This document shows, piece by piece, positions 38,801-50,385 of a DNA stretch of 64,000 nucleotides. The position numbers and the translations under genes were made by a program. Each line of letters opens with the position of its first letter. The stretch's first letter is position 1. The DNA comes from Mytilus edulis (taxonomy: Eukaryota): contig NC_092352.1 of assembly GCF_963676685.1 (NCBI RefSeq), positions 61,380,001-61,444,000 on the forward strand, in the 5' to 3' direction. The notes beneath the pieces are model-generated. The model was not told the origin of the DNA. It made no database searches and was given only the letters and a program-made list of their open reading frames with translations.

Positions 38801-41268
38801 TTGTTTCGGAGATTAACTTTCGAATATAATGAATTATTACATTTCAGTTCAATGTCTTACAACATGTACAAGACACATTCTTAATTATTTGACATTATAG
38901 AGTAAAACATTGCGCTTTACACAAAATTTTTCTTGATATAAATTGAATAAGAAATTTGAAAAAAACAGCGATCGATACCAAAAGATTATCAAATTTTATA
39001 AGTCGAAAGACTACATTTGTACATAAAAAAAGACAATAGACAAAAAGACAAATACTAGTTTACAAAACGAAACATAGAAAACAAAAGATCACGAAACACG
39101 AACCCACACAAAACATTGGTGATTTAATTTGCTCCAGAAGTGTAAGCAGATCCTGCCCCCTAATGGCAACCCGCCATGGTGTTCATGTCAGTTCAAATCC
39201 AATGGTGACTCTAATTGGCATTCGTTATTTTACATTCATGCAACTGTGCATGTAGTTATACCAATTGAAAGTTATCCGTCGTCATCTGTAATACAGATAT
39301 TTCCTAACGGTCTACTGACTCTTGATGGCGTCCGGGGACTTTGGAAGGACGATTTCAACTTCACCACTTCTGTCTAGAGATCGTAGATATCCCTCATCAT
39401 GCAGATAACTCATACATCATGTTTTCAATTTTTAACTGTTTTATGTATAAAAAAGAAGATGTGGTATGATTGCCAATGAGACAACTGTCCACAAGAGACC
39501 AAAATGACACATACATTAACAACTATAGGTCATCGTACGGCCTTCAACAATGAGCAAAGCCCATACCACATAGTCAGCTATAAAGCTCCCGATAAGACAA
39601 TGTAAAACAATTCAAACAAGAAAACTAACGGCCTTATTCATATATAAAAAAAATTAACGAAAAACAAATATGTAACACATAAACAAACGACAACCACTAA
39701 ATTACAGGCTCCTGACTTGGGACAGGCACATACATAAATAATGTAGCAGGGTTAAACATGTTAGCGGGATCCCAACCCTTCCCTTACCTGGGACAGTAGT
39801 ATAACAGTACAAAAATCAGTTGAAAAAGGCTTAACTCATCAGATGGAAAAAAATACAAGTGGACTTGCCGGGTACTTGTACATCCCGTCACAAAAAGACA
39901 CAATGAACAGATCTGAGAGTACTCGCAGTTATCAGCCAGCTAGTTCAAAGCCACTAACATCTAATAAAAAAATCATGCATCTAAGACTGATGTAATTCAT
40001 TTTACATATATTTTATGTTGTAACAACCGGCCGTTAACACGTGTCCTACTTCCTCCGCTCTTTAGTATGCAAATGCAATGCATGCAGTTGTCCGGGGATA
40101 TAAAGTATATAAAATTATATTTGTTGAGAAAATGACTGAGATAGCGATTTATAATAAACGATTTATCTGCTTATTCAATAATCAATTCAAATATCTAAAC
40201 ATCTACTAGTCACCGCATGTGTCGGCATCGGGTTCTGATTTCATTTGATCCCTTTAAAGGTCCTAAGCTGTTTTCGGCTTAAAATATACCACTTGTCTGT
40301 CAACTGTGTTTTGAAAACTAAACGATATGAAAATACTAGGCAAAATCAGTTTTCTTTTATTTGCCCTCTCTCACAATTTTAATTAGAAGTTACAAACATT
40401 CTGTAACTAAAGGTAATTCACCAACAGTGTTATTATTCAGTCAAAGTTAAAACACAAAACAGTGGTGTGACGGACAAATGGCAATATGTGTGTATTTGCT
40501 TGCATAATAATGTTCATTTTATTGTATTAAATAATTAAAGCAGTTATTGTTATTTTTTTTATCATTATTGAAGAAACATTCATATCGGAAAGACTAATTT
40601 TGACGATATTTATAGCTGTTTTTTTCGTTCTGACTGGATTTTGTTATTTGATTCATACACACATTCAGATATCTTTGAAATTAAAAATCAAAACTCAAAA
40701 AGTGATATTAGAACCTTTAGAACAGTCTCAATATGTTGGCGTCTATGATGAGATCGATGAGATTCAATTAACATTTGACACGTCTGATTTGAACGTTACA
40801 TCACCAGAATCTATATACGAAACTGTTGGTTCTGTTTCTCAGGAGAGACTTTCTATTACAACAAGTACTGAACATGACGACACAGGATACCTTGATCCGT
40901 ATTTCGCAATAGAGGATGAAAGTGACAAATTACAAGATCGAACATCAATGACAGAGTGTAGTTCAACGAATTCGTCCAACTCAGACGTTGTAGATCAGGA
41001 TATTATGGCATGTAAAAACATATATCAACCACTTCAAGAGAATTGGCAAAACGAATCACATGGTTATGAAGTACCTGTGATGGTTCATAAGGGTTTCGAA
41101 TGTTCTGCAGGGTTTGATGAAAAAAATACCAGTAATGCATACTTTGATGTGTACAAACCGTTGCAGAGAGACGAGGATATAACGAATCCCACGTATGAGA
41201 TCCAGAAATCTCCAGAAACAAAAGCAAGAAATGATAAGAGTCTTTTGGGGAATGCTTGCTCATCTTAA
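29886..41268 (+). CDS. Receptor gene 2: spliced EMI/EGF-like type I membrane protein, 355 aa, C-terminally truncated tail
   Basis: Exons 29886-29962 (MKNLVIVLLICGIINSMDGICINNE), 31904-31953 (LEDCCHNYEDIKGICR), 33589-33700 (CKIGTTTRIFGGRCLPCTNYTYGVECLKTCDCNPIE), 36216-36280 (CDAEVGCILKTTILTTHLKNA), 38711-38779 (GAG acceptor; in-frame CAG alternative at 38738), 40574-41268. Total 1068 nt, open. Confidence 0.82.
33721..34191. repeat. 471-bp MITE-like unit, copy 1 (15-bp TIR ggtgtaataccacca)
   Basis: TIRs at 33728-33742 and 34176-34190. Appears identical to 35501-35971. Confidence 0.85.
35501..35971. repeat. 471-bp MITE-like unit, copy 2 (direct repeat, offset 1780)
   Basis: No mismatches to 33721-34191 seen when compared block by block. 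Confidence 0.85.
36725..37045 (+). mobile_element. Penelope-like RT C-terminus plus 3' UTR fragment
   Basis: Translates as RASSKYVDFVERGILLSQKLIRQGYESIKLRSSLKKCNGRHHEL, followed by acacgacgggtgcc...cccttccggag. Confidence 0.7.
37878..38303 (-). mobile_element. Retrozyme-like repeat, 371-bp monomer plus partial repeat, hammerhead at 37919-37962
   Basis: Direct repeat at 37878 and 38249 (offset 371). Minus strand gcgtca CTGATGA gtc ttttgta gac GAAA c gcgc a TC tggcgt. Confidence 0.82.
38975..39367 (-). mobile_element. Degenerate Penelope-like 3'-end fragment
   Basis: Contains taagcagatcctgc and gatttcaacttcacca, matching 23520-23925. Confidence 0.6.
39446..39990. repeat. Interspersed repeat (aaaagaagatgtggtatgattgccaatgagacaact family)
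   Basis: Related copies at about 12812-13045, 45935-46060 and 46315-46620. Shares the ctcctgacttgggacaggc core with 62310-62665. Confidence 0.7.
40574..41268 (+). CDS. Terminal TM plus Tyr-motif tail exon of gene 2
   Basis: ORF 40600-41268 extended to the acceptor tgaag| at 40573. TM LILTIFIAVFFVLTGFCYLI; motifs YDEI, SIYETV, YLDP, YQPL, YEVP, YKPL, NPTY. Confidence 0.88.
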
Positions 41269-41864
41269 ATCACAACATGCAATTAACATGATTGCTTAAA
41301 TATGCATACTGAATCTAAAATATCAATAAAAAATTGTGATGAAATGGAATCCTGTAAGCCGTTTGATGAGGATAATGTGAGGAGAATTGATCAACACTAG
41401 TTCAGTGGTGACATTCAAAGAGGACTTAACAAACTTGTATTTAAGCAATATATGTTGTTCTCAAGAAGATAATATCAAAAAGGTGAATGATAATAAGCAG
41501 TGGCAAAATCATGCAATTAAATGGGTGTTATATTACATGTACATAGTTATTAGAATAAATTAACCAGTCGGTACCATTATGTACATTTCGAGTACTTTTT
41601 ATATTACATTATGCTTTGTACTTAAGGTGAACATAACTATAATTCGCCTCTGAAGAGCTTTGTTTTAATATAACTTTAGACAATTTCAGACTTCTCATTA
41701 ATTTATATGCAATTTTTATCCTACAAGTTGTGTCCTTGAACGTATACCCAATAAAGGCAACAGTAGTATACCGCTGTTCAAAACTCATAGATGCCAACAA
41801 TGAATACCTTTTAGACTAGTAACTACCCAGTGAGAAACTTCTTAGCAAAAAAAATAGCATAGGC

Positions 41865-42080
41865 AACACGACGGGTCCGCATGTGGAGCAGGATCTGCTT
41901 ACCCTTCAACAGTACATGGCATCGCTATCAGATGTTGGTGGCGTTCTTGTCGCTAAATCTTTATTTTTATATGTTAGGTTGTGTGTACTATTGTATGTGT
42001 TTGTCTTTTTCTTTTGTAGTCATGGCGTTGTCAGTCTATTTCTGATCTATGAATTCCCTCTGGTAATTTCGCACTTCTTT
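41865..42080 (+). mobile_element. Penelope-like 3' UTR fragment
   Basis: caacacgacggg...atgtggagcaggatctgcttacccttc is the reverse complement of about 23695-23740. Confidence 0.65.
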
Positions 42081-42181
42081 TAAAAAAATGTTTGACTGCT
42101 GTATATTTATTAATAAAATTGGAAAAGGTGGTCAGCGGGAATTTCGAAAACTAGCTAGGAACCTTATCGGTAGTTTCCAAA

Positions 42182-42399
42182 TACTGTGGATTCATTATTA
42201 TTCGTTGAATACCAATATTCGTGGGTTTTGTGAGTAAGGCAGAACCAAGAATTCAAATGTTCAACGAATAACATATTTTCAAAACGTCTTGTATATAGAG
42301 AATAAACGTAGCAAAACCACGAGATCAAATATCCACGAATATGCAAGTTTTAGCAATCCAAGAAAATTGATACCCAGGAAAATAAATGAATTCACAGTA
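42182..42399. mobile_element. ~215-bp MITE, same family as 235-445, TA-flanked
   Basis: tactgtggattcatt ... aatgaattcacagta. Confidence 0.7.
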
Positions 42400-43881
42400 T
42401 CATATATTGATGTTTTGCGTTATTTTTCTTATCGTTGACTGTTTCTGTTAAATTTATTGATTAAGAACTTGACATTCTAAATATTGCCCTAGAAATGCTT
42501 TTTAACTACTTATGACGTTCGGTTGTTTTTTAATTGAATTATACCATACATTTTCTTTAATTAACTATAAAACATTTCACACTAGCTTTTTTGGCAACAT
42601 AAACATGATGAAGACGGTTTAGAATGAAAATAAATAATATACAATCAATTGATGTTGTTTTCAATCTCAGAACTGTAGTAAAGCCTTCATAAATTTGAAC
42701 TTAGACATATAAACTAGATTAAGTTCAAGACGCCCTAAGTATCGGTATACATTTGTCATGAATTCTCTTTCGAACTTGTTTCGGCCTTATTCGATACATT
42801 TATGTAAACATATTCGATTTCAATAGATCGATTTTAAAAGAGAGAGATCTGGAATTATTGCTTATGATACAATTTTTCAATAGAAAATTTAAGGACACGA
42901 ATGATAACAACTTCTAATTACCATAAAGCATTCAACAATCAGAAAAACAATTACCATGTAGTAGGCTTCAAAATGCTCTGCACAACAAAATGTTAACATT
43001 TTAACAAGTAAACTATTACTGAATATGGTTGTTACTAACTAGGTCTCACATTTGACAATTTAAAAACTGCTCAACATAATAAAAACCAATGTGAAAATGA
43101 GTTGGAGAAGAGAGACAAAAGATATCAAAGGAATATATAAACTCATTAGTAGGAAATAAACTGACATTGCTTTGGCAAAAACGGAATTAAAAAGATAACA
43201 AAATGTGGATAAAACACAATATATATGAAACTAAAGAGTGAGTATACTACATACCGGGGTTAGTATTGCCTACTCCACATGTGACATCCGTCGCCTTTGA
43301 TCGATAAGTAAAATAACATAAATAACGAACTCTGAGAAAAATTCAAAACAGTAAGTTCTTATTTAAATAATTGCAAAATCAAAAGTTCAAACATATCTAA
43401 CGAATTAAATAACAACTGTCATATCATTGACCTGGTACAAGCATTTTCTTATGTTAAAATAGTTGGCTTTAATCTGGTTTTATATCTAGCAAAATGTCGT
43501 TTGTATAACAATCGCTTTAAATTCAATTATATTGACAACGATATCAGAACAAAACAGACATAACAGCTAGAAATGTAAAACAAATAGGGGTTCATCAGTC
43601 AACACTGTGTTTTATTCATAATCATTATAAAATAACAAATATGTAACAAAGAAACACAATGAATTATATAAAAATTCCCATTAGCGAAATTCAAGATGTG
43701 TATACAAATAATTATAATAGCACAACAACACAAAGGGATTTATAAGTAACGAACAACGTCATCTGTAACACATAAACACAAAACGGTATATAGAAACAAT
43801 ACTTAAGCAAAATTGAAAAACTAGAATAAAAATGTGTTTACCATAACACAATGACGAGATGTATAATTGCGAAGCCATGTT

Positions 43882-44058
43882 AATAGTTATCAAATGTACC
43901 AGGATGATAATTTAATACGCCAGACGCGCGTTTCGTCTACAAAAGACTCAGCAGTGACGATCAGATCAAAATATTTTAAAGCCAAAAATGTTCAACGTTG
44001 AAGAGCATTGAGGACCCAAAATTGCAAAAATGTTGTACCAAATACGGCTTAGGTAATC
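43882..44058 (-). mobile_element. Partial retrozyme-like repeat with a core-mutated hammerhead (43917-43959)
   Basis: Minus strand cgtca CTGCTGA gtc ttttgta gac GAAA c gcgc g TC tggcgt; flanks match the other copies. Confidence 0.75.
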
Positions 44059-44992
44059 GATATCACAAAAAACAGACTATCAAAAGAATACTATCAAACG
44101 TATAGATTCGTTAATAAATAAATCAAACGATTATATATATTACTCAAAGGTGAAAAGGGCATGAGAGGTCCAATCAATCTCAATTACAAAACACTAACAT
44201 ACACATAAGAAACAGATCAAAGTGTCCAGCTAGTCGAAAAGTGTTTTTTTTTTTAAAGACATCACTTATAAGACAGGTTTCCCACGCAAATGAAAAACAT
44301 GTTTGTATGCAATCCATTATGAGTGTATTTGTTATATCTTCCCTTAATCTGTCTACATTGATGCCCTTTCGGTTTAACTTTTAGACTGTTATTTTGAATT
44401 TTACAAAAGTGACTATAGTTTGGTAATATCCTTTTACATTGTGATGTTGAGTTGTGGTCATTTTTCTATTCTTGTCTTTCACTTCGCTTATGTGCTTTGT
44501 CTATATGCCTTTGTTTACATTTTGCTTTGTTTTTATAATTATTTGGATAATAACACAATGTGGACTGCTGTTCTCCCTGTATTACTTTTTTTACCTAATA
44601 TGTCTGTTTGTTTATTTCACAGCTATAAAACCATTATATATCAACAGTTTTCTACATGAGGAAGTGCATTTGCCTACTCGGGAACATGACAGTTTTTTTA
44701 CCAATTGTATGATCATTTTTTTACGTTTTATATTTCCCCATTTGATAAGGGGCTTCCCGATTTGTGTTTTTCTTGTATTATATTTGCTATTTTACTTTAT
44801 TATATGCCTTATTTTATAAAATAAATCCAATTGATCAAATGATTCTTCCGCAATCAGTTTAACAGTGATGACTCGTTATTCCGGAAATCAATTTAATTTC
44901 CGTAATTAAAATATATTGAGGTTTTGTGGTCTGGTGTAGAATATGACACTCATTTATACTAAGCATTAAGTGATATGTTTCAACAACAACAT

Positions 44993-47326
44993 CACTCCGT
45001 ATAACCCCGATACAAATGAATCCGGACGTTGAGGCGTTCGACGCGATAATAAGGACAACATTTGGTATGACAACAATTTCGAATGCCTCTCTAGAACTTG
45101 AACTCTCTTGAGTATATATAAATATGTCAATGTGCATGTTAGTTTATTTATTCAATTATACAGTTGTTGTAAGTTTTAAGTATTGCATAGAACGTTTGAT
45201 AAAACTGCTAGATGCAAAACGCACAGACATGGTGCAATTTCATACGTTTTATGAGGTAAACAATGCTGAATATCTTTTCGTGCATACACCTTTGCATATT
45301 AATACCTTAAGCAATAATAAATAACTATACGTTGAATTACTACGTGTCTTCAAATGTTCCCTAGAACTTAGAATAAACGCAATATCACACTAAATAAATG
45401 TTCTCTTACTGTATTGTTCGTTCAATCATATGTGTCGCGTTCGTTGTGCGTTTTTAAATAATCACTGTACAGTTCGTTGACAAAAACCGTCACAAATCCC
45501 TTTCTTGTCAAGGTATTCCAGATGGTGTCAGCGACCCTGTTTTTGTATTTTATTGTAAATGTTTATCTGTTAACTTAGTCAAACTTAAAATATCTGTCAT
45601 CCAAAGCCAAAATTGCAATATTTAACCAGCATGACATCTGATAGGAATGCTTCTATTGAAAATTGGGACTTTCAACGTTATTCCAGATGAAATGAACAGT
45701 TAATAAATATATTCCAGTAGAAATAAAGTTTCAAAAAGTAAAGTACAGTCAATAAAGCTTTAATGACTTACTTTTCACAATTCGAGACACTTCCAAATGC
45801 CGATGTTGGTCCAAATTCGCCTAGACGAAAGCAGACATAGGAAGTCGTTGAACTTAATTTGCCGAATGCCATAAATGGCTTTCCAACTGCTTTATTTTTT
45901 TCATTTTTTTTTTATATATATAAAGCTTTGTAGATGCGATGTGGTGGCCAGTGAGACAACTTTTCACCAAAGTTTAAATAAAGTGGGTGTATAAAGCAAT
46001 TATTATAGTCCAATGTACAACATTTAACAATGAGGAAAACTTATACCATAAAGTCGGCTAAAAAAAGTAAACAAACAAAAAAACATAATTGAAAAAACAA
46101 GTCAGTTATAATTAAGAATTATCTCTTCATTATATCTTCACATAAAAGTAACTGTATTACTATTGATGGCTATCAGTTACATGTTTATTGTTTACCTATA
46201 TTCTTTAGCCTTAATTTAACTCTATTGTAATCTATAACCCCTAGGACACGCCTCTGAGATTCAGGTCAAAAGGCTTCACCTATAATCCATTGATTGTTTT
46301 TGATTGCTGTCTATATAAAAAAAAATGAGGTATTGAAACAACTCTTCCCAAGAGACCAAACGAAACAAAAAAGGAACCACTATAGGTCACCGTACGGCCT
46401 TCAACAATGAACAAAGCCCATACCGCATAGTCAGCTATAAAACACACCGAAATGACAAATGTAAAACAATTCATACGAGAAAACTACCGGTCCAATTTAT
46501 GCACAAATCAGTGAACAAAAAAATATATATAACCACTGAATTACACGCTCCTGGGTTTGGACAGGCACATACAGAATATGGCGGGATTAAACATGTTATT
46601 GGGCGCCCAACCCACCACCTTACCGTACATTAAATGTCGTATGATAAAAACTTTTAAAAATGCTATCAAATTAGAAATCGGACGTGTGTATCTGTATGCT
46701 TAGCCATATTTGCATCTGTCGATATTATGGGTTGCTGTCTGCTTGTTATGGTGGGAAATTATTATTTTCATACATGCATATTGGTTATAATCATACCAAA
46801 GCATAATTTAATACATGCAAAATTCATTGACAAACGCAATATTGTGTCAACGAAGCGTACGGTATAAAAATGTTTAACGACAACGAAGCGTACACAACAT
46901 GAAAATAAAGACACTTTAAAACATGTATTTTTTTGTTTCTAGATACAACATGTACAACATAAACAAACGATCTTTATAAGTTTGTTAATCTATACTATGA
47001 AATTTTCAAAAATGTATGGTTTAAAAACTATGAGGTACGAGAAACATTAAGTTTTGAATATTTAAAAATACCAAGCACGTTTTATCATTGATATCGTCGT
47101 GCGTTTTTTTTATATTTGTATATAAAAATGGCACACATTTGAAAAACCTTTTAGTTACTAATGAGTATTATGGCAAAGAATATATTAGAGCAAAATATCC
47201 GAAGAATAGATATTGGCTTTTCTTTAAAAGTATTAATTCCTTACTGTCTGAACTCAGTGTTACACAGTGTGTTCGATTCGAACGCGTCAACGTCCGGTTT
47301 CATCTGTATCGGGGTTATACAGGGTG
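44993..47326. mobile_element. 2.3-kb non-autonomous DNA transposon with ~50-bp TIRs and CAC...GTG termini (EnSpm/CACTA-like)
   Basis: cactccgtataaccccgatacaaatgaatccggacgttgaggcgttcga at 44993 is the near reverse complement of tcgaacgcgtcaacgtccggtttcatctgtatcggggttatacagggtg ending at 47326. Confidence 0.6.
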
Positions 47327-50300
47327 AGCATACGTATTTTCTTTTATCAACTAAAATTTAAATGGACAACAGAAAAGTGCATGGAATCTATAATGTGTTG
47401 CTACGTTTATTCCTGTACACACAGGCTATACTTTGTGTTCTTTTTACCATTAACTGAGTAGCATTTTAACAGCTTGATTGTAGAATTATATCTTTGTGGT
47501 ATATGTTAAAAGAATTGAATTAAAAATAACTAAAAAAGGCTTGAGTTAGGTGGCGGAACTAAGCATGTAGTTCTGTCGTTTTATAAGAATGAAATATTGG
47601 CAAACAAGATATTCCAGGAATCTTTTGGAGAATGTTTGTGCTAGAACTTAAGTACATGATCGGTTTCAAAACATGTAAAACGCATATGAACTGTTGATAA
47701 ACAAGTTCAACCATGGAAATCATATTGGTTGATTTTTGTTTTACAAAAATTGCATTGAAAATTGGTTAGATCGACTAACATTTTTATTCATTTTATTCAA
47801 TATTGACACTTGAAAGATTACTTTAACTTTTTAAAAATCCAATTTTGTCTCAAAATATGAACCCCTAGTCCAGAAAAAAATTAAATATTGTCATAACAGA
47901 ACTTATTGTTATCAAGATATATTTCATAGAGGGTGGTTGCTAACTAGAAAATATTGTGTCCAGGGATTATAAGTTGTATCTTATTATACATTTTAATGGG
48001 CCCTTTCACTGCTTGGTTGACTATTATGGAATATGGGTGACAAAGATGACTACAAAGTTATTCCATTTTTCGTCATCACACTCTTGAACTCTTTCCCTAT
48101 CATTACTATCCCTTGGAAAATCTTTTTTTCACACTTAAAATGCTTTGAAAATTTTGTACTTTGAATACATTATATTTCTCCAAAGTTTTTACCCATTCAT
48201 TTTATGATTCTCTACTTTCTAAATCAAAATAAATAGTTCAGCTTAGTAAGTTGTTAAAATTAGAAACATGTTTAAAATCACAACACAACATTCTTTTTTG
48301 TTAAGTACAACTTTTGATAGCCTCACTTTGAGGCGCATGAGGAATATTGAACCATATTGAAATCCATAGTTTTGCTTTTTCCAAAACTCTTGTGTGATCT
48401 TCATCGGGATGACTTTCTGAATAAATCAGCGTGTCCATTTCTGAACAACTATCAAAAAGTGTAGGCATTCTAAGGCAATAACATTTTTATTGCTATATTT
48501 ATTTATTTTGAACCTAATATAAAAGTTTCATTGATTTCTTTCAGAATACCTGGACAAGTAAAACCTGGATAGCACATCTAATGATAAACTTCAATTACAA
48601 AATGCATACCCTGCGGATTAAGTAACATTTTCAGATGCCTAAAAGTGCATTTTGACTAACAAATATGCAAAAATATAGATTTAATAAAAAAAAAATAGAA
48701 ATTACTTATGAATCTTTACCGCGGTAAACTGCGGTGAATGTCATACATATCATATAATCAAAGTGTAATAATGTGCAAATTTTCATATAAGCAGATAGTA
48801 TTAATCAATTTAAAATATACTTATTAACTGTATTTAAATGAACATTCTTTATCAGGGAGAAATGCGCATTAGGGTTTTTATGTGAACATAACTAGATCAC
48901 ACGTTTTATGACTTTATTAAGTCAACGATATTCGATATGCAGTTGTAGAAATATTTGCATATTTCACTCCCATAGAGATTGTTTGCCTCAACCACCCTCA
49001 GTCGTGGCATATTGACTTTGCAAGTTTTGTATAGGTTACATAATGAAGCTAATGAGCAGATCAGTTTAAGCGATATCGGTTATGATATGTCTTTGATATT
49101 TTGCATGAAACCATATTTATACAAGCATTTGCACGTCTCATTGCCATTGTCACGAATGTGTTTAATGTACCCAGCCATATCAGTCATGGTCTATAAATTT
49201 TGAAACTTTTGAGTAAATTTCTTGTTCGAGTGTATTTTTATGTCAGTTTAAGATAAAACTAATATGCAAAGTAACTGATATTTTGAATGCAGTTGCATTA
49301 CTATTAACATAAATTTTGTATCTTATTTCGAGGAAATTATTTGTCTATGCACCTTCTGTCACTCGGTTTTTATATAATTTACTCATTCAAGGTATTGCTA
49401 TTTGAATTTCAACATTCGCATTAACCTTTTATATTCTAAATCGCCAGCTCAAACGAATATAAATTATCTAATAAATAAAACATCACATAAATAGGATAAG
49501 TGTGCCTACAGGTGTATTAGCCTTTAACATAAATTATATTCAATATGATTCTCAAGCTCAAGTTCTTCACTATAAATTCAGGAACAATACTAATCCAGTC
49601 ATACAATAGCACAGTAATATACAGTAACACAATCAAAAACTATCTACAAAAAAGGATAGATTTATATTAAGATAATGTAATATATGTATATACCCACATT
49701 AACGATAACCATCTCATAAAAAGTTGGGCGGGTGGGTAAACATAATAACGTGTGCTACGTTTAACTATAGGCAAACTTTGAATAACTTTATTTTCGCAAA
49801 CTAACCCCTTAAGTAAAACTTAATCATGCTTTTCACGAATCTCATGAGCGCATATACCCGTCATTGCGGGTAAATGAAATCCAATCAAGTTAAACATAAA
49901 CACACACGATGTGTTTGATATAACACACACACACGTGTTTATAGTAAACAATCACTTGACCGTTTCTACGTCATGTGACCAATACATTTAATAAATATAT
50001 TTACACCGATGGTTTTTTAATTCAAATGAATATAAAGGGTTTTAAAACATGGGCAAAGGCTTACGATTCAACGCATGATAATTATGGTGCTGAAAGGGTT
50101 GGTAACGATGCTATGCAATACATTGCAAAAACTGTTGGTTCTATTTAATATTTTAATATTTTGGCTCATGTTTCATCAATTTGTGTTTTTTTTATAATTT
50201 AATAGCACGTTTTACAAGCGATATTTATACTAAAGTGAGAACATCCGATGTGTCAATCTATTTTGAAACTTTAGGAGAAATTAAACATAAATTTACTTCA

Positions 50301-50385
50301 TATTATAGTGTTCAAATTCTTCCTTATTGTTAAAACATGCTTGTATGGGTACTTTGGTAATGACTTATTCTGTTATCGATTAAAG

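Noticed and set aside
48545-48620. Possible relic of exon 3 (cag|aatacctggacaagtaaaacctgga)
   Set aside because: The match is short, has a stop codon, and has no Cys pattern. It cannot be distinguished from chance.
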